The translations under genes and the position numbers were made by a program. From a bacterium (GTDB taxonomy: Bacteria; Gemmatimonadota; Gemmatimonadetes; Gemmatimonadales; Gemmatimonadaceae): DNA of 64,000 nucleotides. Below the pieces are notes generated by a model. It did no database searches. It saw only the letters and a list, made by a program, of their open reading frames with translations, and was not told the DNA's origin. Where the stretch lies: NCBI GenBank assembly GCA_021813725.1, contig JAKAJN010000001.1, forward strand, positions 12,990 to 76,989, read 5' to 3'. Shown here piece after piece: positions 62,915-64,000 of this stretch; position 1 is the first letter of the stretch, and every line of letters starts with the position of its first letter.

Positions 62915-64000
62915 ATGCGACCCTCCCCCCGACTTCGTCCCCTCCTCGCGGCGGCCCTGACGGCGCCCGTCGCGCTCGCGGCCCAGCGACCCTCCGCGGT
63001 GTGCGACGCCGACCTGCGCGTTCCCGCCGGCTTCTGCGCCCAGGTGGTGGCCGATCGACTCGGCGCGCCGCGTCATCTGGTGGTGGCGCGCAACGGCGAC
63101 GTGCTCATCAACACGAATCCGTCGCGCGGCGGCGCCGAGAGCGGCACGGGAGCGGGGCCGGGCGGCGGGGTCATCCTGCTGCGTGACACGAATCGCGATG
63201 GGCGCGCCGATGTCGTGCGCAAGCTGGGCGGCAGCGGCGGCACGGGGATCGCGTTGGGCGATGGCTACCTCTGGGCGACGGACCGAAACAACGTGGTGCG
63301 CTACCGCTACAGCGTGGGCGACACCGTGCTTGGCGCGGCCGACACGATTGTGGCGAACATGCCCACGGGGGGACACAGCGCGTACAACTTTGTCGTGCGC
63401 GGCAGCGTCCTGTACGTGAACGTCGGTTCGCGAACGAACTCGTGTCAGGAGCGCGATCGCCAGCCGCGGTCGAAGGGCGTGGATCCGTGTGACGAGCTGG
63501 CGAGTCGTGCGGGCATCTGGGCCTTCGACGCCAACAAGCCGGGACAGCGGCCGGGGGACGGCCGGCGCTATGCCACCGGCATCCGCAACGCGGTTGCGCT
63601 CGCGTGGAACGAGCCGGCGAACGAACTGTGGACCATGATGCACGGCCGCGACCAGCTCGGCATGAACTGGGGATTCGACGATCGCTATAACGCGGAGAAC
63701 CCCGGGGAAGAACTGCTGCAGATCAGGGAGGGTGACGACTTCGGCTGGCCGTACTGCTTCTACTCGACGGACGAGAAGAAGCTGGTGCTCGCGCCGGAGT
63801 ACGGTGGCGACGGTCGCGACGTCGGGCGCTGTGCGTCGAAGAAGGCGCCGGTCTACGCCTTCCCCGGCCATTGGGCGCCGAACGCGACGCTCTTCTACAC
63901 GGGGCGCTCGTTCCCGGCCGAGTATCGGCGCGGGGTCTTCGTGGTCTTCCACGGCTCGTGGAACCGCGCCCCGCTCGTGCAGGATGGATTTCGCGTGTCG
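62915..64000 (+). CDS. PQQ-dependent sugar (glucose/sorbosone) dehydrogenase-like beta-propeller protein, 3'-truncated by the window edge
   Basis: This ORF is not in the track because no stop is reached. My own translation from ATG 62915 gives MRPSPRLRPLLAAALTAPVALAAQ (signal peptide). Downstream motifs include YVNVGSRTNSC, YATGIRNAVALAW, LWTMMHGRDQLG and GDDFGWPYC. Confidence 0.65.
   Translation, partial: MRPSPRLRPLLAAALTAPVALAAQRPSAVCDADLRVPAGFCAQVVADRLGAPRHLVVARNGDVLINTNPSRGGAESGTGAGPGGGVILLRDTNRDGRADVVRKLGGSGGTGIALGDGYLWATDRNNVVRYRYSVGDTVLGAADTIVANMPTGGHSAYNFVVRGSVLYVNVGSRTNSCQERDRQPRSKGVDPCDELASRAGIWAFDANKPGQRPGDGRRYATGIRNAVALAWNEPANELWTMMHGRDQLGMNWGFDDRYNAENPGEELLQIREGDDFGWPYCFYSTDEKKLVLAPEYGGDGRDVGRCASKKAPVYAFPGHWAPNATLFYTGRSFPAEYRRGVFVVFHGSWNRAPLVQDGFRVS

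Noticed and set aside
62791-63952. Track ORFs 62791..63186(+), 63183..63419(+) and 62900..63952(-) in the last 1.2 kb.
   Set aside because: All have junk-like composition. The frame starting at ATG 62915 gives a signal peptide and PQQ-dehydrogenase-like motifs and stays open to the window end, so it is the preferred gene.

Overview
This is a high-GC bacterial chromosomal segment (roughly 70% G+C by eye). It is densely coding, with no rRNA, no CRISPR array and no recognisable transposon, integrase or prophage gene. All calls come from reading the supplied ORF translations and the DNA directly. Motifs were recognised from memory and no database search or folding program was run. Many long ORFs in the track are antisense or out-of-frame artefacts of the high GC content. 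Several real genes use GTG starts that overlap the previous stop codon.

Gene order:
1. 1-12775: a 12-gene, translationally coupled + strand operon. It encodes a CheA without a P5 domain, CheC, a 903-aa TPR protein, a PATAN(DUF4388)/MshEN-like protein, a TPR-Roadblock fusion, a Roadblock protein, MglB, MglA, a tandem DnaA-domain-III AAA+ protein with no DNA-binding domain, a PATAN/MshEN/TPR protein, a TPR protein and a membrane-anchored HExxH protease.
2. A possible 57-aa membrane ORF, tRNA-Val(TAC) and a secreted helical-repeat protein.
3. An 11-bp phased T-tract array, followed by the dcw cluster rsmH-ftsL-ftsI-murE-murF-mraY-murD-ftsW-murG-murC-ftsQ-ftsA. The cluster has no mraZ, murB or ddl.
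4. A three-gene sulfur operon (ArsR-rhodanese, DsrE-like, SQR-like) sitting between ftsA and ftsZ, then ftsZ and an M23 peptidase.
5. On the minus strand, an NAD-type formate dehydrogenase operon. Its catalytic subunit is selenocysteine-containing (in-frame TGA plus a SECIS-like hairpin) and is split and permuted relative to the usual fused architecture. The operon ends with fdhD.
6. A membrane protein and a GH53 galactanase.
7. hoxFUYHW, an NAD-linked bidirectional [NiFe] hydrogenase.
8. TauE, an S10 peptidase, a NupG-family transporter, a NapH-like Fe-S membrane protein, ftsY, recG, hppA, a hybrid histidine kinase, a small secreted protein and a 3'-truncated PQQ-type sugar dehydrogenase-like gene.

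The best candidate for an undescribed system is the 12-gene MglA operon, especially the tandem DnaA-like ATPase inside it. Other unusual features are short tandem arrays (11, 15 and 7 bp) that begin 0-3 nt after stop codons, one repeat-derived insertion inside rsmH, and a shared palindromic terminator-like element. The content is compatible with Gemmatimonadota or a similar high-GC diderm lineage, but I cannot verify the taxon.
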